A stretch of 63,995 nucleotides of DNA, the filler included, from Perkinsus olseni (lineage: Eukaryota): assembly GCA_013115125.1 (NCBI GenBank). It is 12 parts of 12 records of this genome, joined end to end, with 100 filler letters (N's around TTAATTAATTAA, not from the genome) between each part and the next. Parts side by side here need not be neighbours in the genome. Positions count along the whole stretch, not along the records: positions 60,118 to 63,995 come from JABANN010001340.1; 11 more parts are not named here. One strand, written 5' to 3'. A program made the position numbers and the translations under genes. The notes below the pieces were generated by a model. That model was given only the letters and a program-made list of their open reading frames with translations, was not told where the DNA came from and did not search any database. Of this stretch, positions 60,822-63,995 are shown piece by piece. Every line of letters starts with the position of its first letter. Within the stretch, counting starts at the first letter, position 1.

Positions 60822-61619
60822 ATGTCCGTAGTGTCTCAGCTGCTCTCTAATTTCAAGCCTTTCTCTGGTGATGGTGATCTGGACACCTTCCTCAAGAAGT
60901 ATGATACTATCTGTGTTATGCAGCAGTGGGATGATCCCACGAAGGCTCGTAATTTGGGTCTTTTTCTTGAAGGAAGGGCTTGGCAAGTATATGACGACTT
61001 AAGCGAGGAGGAGAAGAAGAATTATTTGGTAGTCCAGAAGACTCTGCAAAAGACGTTCTCTAAATCGGCTTTTGGTTCGTATACTGCTTTTGTCAAGCGC
61101 TCTCTGATTCAGGGTGAGTCACTCGAGTCCTATGCTGCGGCATTGAAGAGAGATATCAAGAAAGTGTTGCCTTCCAATGTGGACCCCAAGGTGATGGACA
61201 CTTTGCTAATGTGTCAATTCCTTAATGGTCTGAAAGAAGAATATAGTCGACAACTTCGTGTTCTAAGCGATGTTAATTCTTTCGACACTGCGTTGGCTAA
61301 AGCTAAGCAACTCATCAATGTCGATCGTGACATGAGAGATGTGCCTAGTTTTTCTCAGACACCATCATCATCTACGCCATTGGTTAAGGAGGAGATAGCT
61401 GCGGTTGGTCATCGTAATTCTAAGAAGCAAGGCCGTCAGTCTTCTTCGAGTCGTCAGAATGGTGACCCTTCTTCTCGATATGCTAACTATGTTTGTCATG
61501 AATGCAAGCAGCGAGGCCATATCAGAAGGTTCTGTCCTTTACGCAAGAACAAGCAGCAACCTAAGTCGGGAAACGCGGACAAGGGGCAAGGGAAGTCGGC
61601 CTTACCTCGGGAGCTATAG
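60822..61619 (+). CDS. gag
   Basis: FKPFSGDGD...FLEGRAW and CCHC knuckle CHECKQRGHIRRFC. Confidence 0.92.
   Translation: MSVVSQLLSNFKPFSGDGDLDTFLKKYDTICVMQQWDDPTKARNLGLFLEGRAWQVYDDLSEEEKKNYLVVQKTLQKTFSKSAFGSYTAFVKRSLIQGESLESYAAALKRDIKKVLPSNVDPKVMDTLLMCQFLNGLKEEYSRQLRVLSDVNSFDTALAKAKQLINVDRDMRDVPSFSQTPSSSTPLVKEEIAAVGHRNSKKQGRQSSSSRQNGDPSSRYANYVCHECKQRGHIRRFCPLRKNKQQPKSGNADKGQGKSALPREL
61568..61608 (+). promoter_or_regulatory. -1 programmed ribosomal frameshift signal (G_GGA_AAC + hairpin)
   Basis: Heptamer at 61568-61574 in the gag frame and imperfect stem GGGGCAAGG/CCTTACCTC. The -1 frame is open directly into pol, which has no ATG before the protease motif. Confidence 0.8.
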
Positions 61620-63961
61620 CGGCGGTTGTGACGCCGTTGTCCCGCACCCCTCATGTTGATGCTAAGTTATCGATTGATGGGGGAAAGTCTATTTTATCTC
61701 CTACTACCTCAGTACTGGTTGATTCCGGAAGTACTCTTACTGCTGTAAGTGCTGATTTTATCCGGCGTCATGGTTTTTCCAAGTATGTGAATTCTGCTGA
61801 TGGTGCTTCTAGTATTAAGGTAGTTGGTGGTCATGATATTTCTGTTCAAGGAGAACTGTCATGCTCTATTTTATTTGATAATGGTTATCATGTTTCTACT
61901 GTTAAATTATGCGTTATCCCTGGTCTGGCACTCTCCGACGTTATTTTGGGTAGCGACTTCCTCGAGACTCACGCAGCTGACGTGTCTTATTCACGTCGTA
62001 GCCTGGTATTTCCGGACATTGCGATCCCCTTCAATGAGTCCGATACTGATCAAGATTCTCCAACTAATGTACATATTAGTGTTGTCTCTGATGGTTCGGT
62101 GAAGCGGCCCGATCACCCGCTACATATTGAATCTTCTGATGTGATATTGGATTTTATTGATGGTCGCTGGGTTCTGAAATGGAAATGGCTACATGGTGAA
62201 CCTACTACCGAGGAGTCAAGAAGGTTGTGTCAACCTCCTTTTTTGTATCGCCGCAAGATGACAGCTACTCAACAACGACAGTTTGAGGAGGAGGTGCAGG
62301 CTTGGATTGACCAAAAATGGTTGATTCCTTTTGATGGCACTCCAAAGTGTATATTGCCACTACAAGCTGTGTTACAGGGTCACAAAAGTACCAAGGTGCG
62401 ACCCGTATTGGATTTTCGAGGTTTGAACTCCTTTATCGTATCACAGCCTGGTTGCGATTCAGCTGTATGTTCTGAGTATCTACGACGATGGCGATGTCAT
62501 AGTAAAGCTAGCTTACTAGATGTTCGTCGTGCTTATATGAATGTGGCAATATCGCCTGAGCTGTGGCCATGGTTATGTGTGGTGTGGCGTAATAGATGTT
62601 ACTGTCTACGTGTGATGGGCTTCGGGCTTAACATAGCCCCAAAGACTCTTCAGCTGATAATGCAAGCCGCCTTGAAGGACGAGGAGGCTGATGCTTATCT
62701 TGATGATATATACGTACCCTTTTCTTCAGAGGATCCTTCTCGGTTGGACCGTATACAGCAGAACCTTCTGCGGCATAACCTTCCAACTAAGTCTCCTGAA
62801 GATTTGGCTAAGGCTCGTGTTCTGGGGCTTCAATTGTTCGTTGGGCCTGATGACGTTTTATATTGGAAACGTCGTAGTGGGCAGCATATGGATTTGCTGC
62901 TGAAGGACACCTTTACTCTGCGTCAACTGTTATCATGGAGTGGGAAGCTAGTGAGTCACTATCCTGTGTTATCTTGGTTGAGACCCTGCCTTGCGTGGTT
63001 GCGTCGATCCGTCCCTGGCAATGACATGAATGAGTTGATTCCCAGTAGTGTGATGTCATGGGCGCGTGAGATCGCTTCCCGTATTAGGTGTGAAGGAGAT
63101 CCGGCAACTGGTCGATGGTTTGTTGATCGTGGTAGGAATTTTATCCTTTATACCGATGGGTCTTCTATATGTACTGGCTACGTTCTGCTCAACGACAACT
63201 ATATTATTGAAGATGGATGCAAACTGCGATGCAAATCGGACAGTAAGCATATAAATTTATGCGAACTTAATGCCGTCATCCTAGGAATCAATGCGGCGTT
63301 GAGGTGGAACGTTCATCATCTCACACTTCGCATTGATTCACGTATAGTATACAATTGGCTCAGTACTGTTCGTAGACCCCAAGTTCATGGTATCTATGAG
63401 ATGTTGGTGAAGAGTCGGCTTAGCTTGTTGAGAGATGTTCTACGAAGTAATGCTGTTTCTCTCCAGGTGGAGTGGGTCGACACATCATCAAACTTGGCTG
63501 ATACCTTGTGCCGTGTACCGCAAAGGTGGATTGTTGAGGAACATCAACTCCAAACTCCTCAGCTGGCTGCTATGGGTGTATCTTATTGTCTTGAGCCTAT
63601 TGTATCCTTCGGCAAGTTGCATCATCATCAACAACGAGACGATGAATTATCTAAGGTATTCTCATTCGTTGAGCGTGGTCTTCCTTATCAGCGGTTCTTA
63701 CCTACTGGATATCGTAAGATATGGGATCAGCTGTGTATCAAGGATGGTCTACTCTGTCGGTCGTATCCACTGCCTGGCTACCACAAGGTCACTGTGCCGT
63801 TACTTCCGTACGATCTACGTACCAGAGTCCTTCGTCATGAGCATACTCATCCAACAGGTGGGCATGTGTCGTGGGATAGACTTGTTGGTCGCATTCGTAC
63901 TAAGGTTTATTGGTTGACAATGAATCTAGCAACACTCGCAGCTGAGCTGCTAGAAGTGTAA
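61574..63961 (+). CDS. pol (protease, RT, RNase H, integrase Zn-binding start; integrase core missing)
   Basis: LVDSGS; RPVLDFRGLN, LLDVRRAY, MGFGL, YLDD; YTDGS, HINLCEL, NLADTLCR; HTHPTGGH...YW. Similarity seems to break at ~63925. Confidence 0.92.
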   Translation, partial: RGQGAREVGLTSGAIAAVVTPLSRTPHVDAKLSIDGGKSILSPTTSVLVDSGSTLTAVSADFIRRHGFSKYVNSADGASSIKVVGGHDISVQGELSCSILFDNGYHVSTVKLCVIPGLALSDVILGSDFLETHAADVSYSRRSLVFPDIAIPFNESDTDQDSPTNVHISVVSDGSVKRPDHPLHIESSDVILDFIDGRWVLKWKWLHGEPTTEESRRLCQPPFLYRRKMTATQQRQFEEEVQAWIDQKWLIPFDGTPKCILPLQAVLQGHKSTKVRPVLDFRGLNSFIVSQPGCDSAVCSEYLRRWRCHSKASLLDVRRAYMNVAISPELWPWLCVVWRNRCYCLRVMGFGLNIAPKTLQLIMQAALKDEEADAYLDDIYVPFSSEDPSRLDRIQQNLLRHNLPTKSPEDLAKARVLGLQLFVGPDDVLYWKRRSGQHMDLLLKDTFTLRQLLSWSGKLVSHYPVLSWLRPCLAWLRRSVPGNDMNELIPSSVMSWAREIASRIRCEGDPATGRWFVDRGRNFILYTDGSSICTGYVLLNDNYIIEDGCKLRCKSDSKHINLCELNAVILGINAALRWNVHHLTLRIDSRIVYNWLSTVRRPQVHGIYEMLVKSRLSLLRDVLRSNAVSLQVEWVDTSSNLADTLCRVPQRWIVEEHQLQTPQLAAMGVSYCLEPIVSFGKLHHHQQRDDELSKVFSFVERGLPYQRFLPTGYRKIWDQLCIKDGLLCRSYPLPGYHKVTVPLLPYDLRTRVLRHEHTHPTGGHVSWDRLVGRIRTKVYWLTMNLATLAAELLEV

Positions 63962-63995
63962 CACAAGATCCGGAGATATTGGGCTGCGATGGAGA

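Larger units (their letters stand above)
60666..63995 (+). mobile_element. Young Ty3/Gypsy-like LTR retrotransposon (133-bp 5' LTR 60666-60798, PBS 60802-60815)
   Basis: LTR bounded by TGTAA...TTACA, PBS TGGTGGAGAACCCG (tRNA-Ala-like 3' end), intact gag, and pol in the order PR-RT-RH-IN. Confidence 0.93.

Overview
Eukaryotic protist DNA, most likely Perkinsus (short GT-AG introns, ~50% GC, Perkinsus-type spliced-leader sequence). The window is not contiguous. It is 12 unrelated ~5.3-5.4 kb contigs, sorted by decreasing length and joined by artificial 100-nt linkers (N44-TTAATTAATTAA-N44), so gene adjacency only means something inside a contig. Genes seen: S41 peptidase, ataxin-3 fragment, truncated haemoglobin, cNMP-binding protein, IPT/TIG + Cys-repeat protein fragment, myo-inositol oxygenase, RING-H2 protein, two ACC-synthase-like aminotransferases, glycerate kinase, adenylosuccinate lyase, a TenA-ThiD fusion and two secreted orphans. 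tRNA genes: Lys(CTT), a 5-copy Lys(TTT) array and an intron-bearing Tyr pseudogene. There are also many mobile elements. The top finding is a nearly intact LINE (gag-like ORF1; APE-RT-RNase H ORF2; (CAA)n tail) whose 5' end starts with the last 14 nt of the spliced leader (CATCTTGGCTCAAG). This suggests a retrotransposon that gets its 5' end, and may regenerate it each cycle, by SL trans-splicing. Also notable: a family of foldback/MULE-like elements built from 15-bp-period TGTAC arrays, and two LTR retrotransposons with G_GGA_AAC plus hairpin -1 frameshift signals. All calls come from reading motifs by eye; no searches were run, and exon boundaries of spliced genes are approximate.
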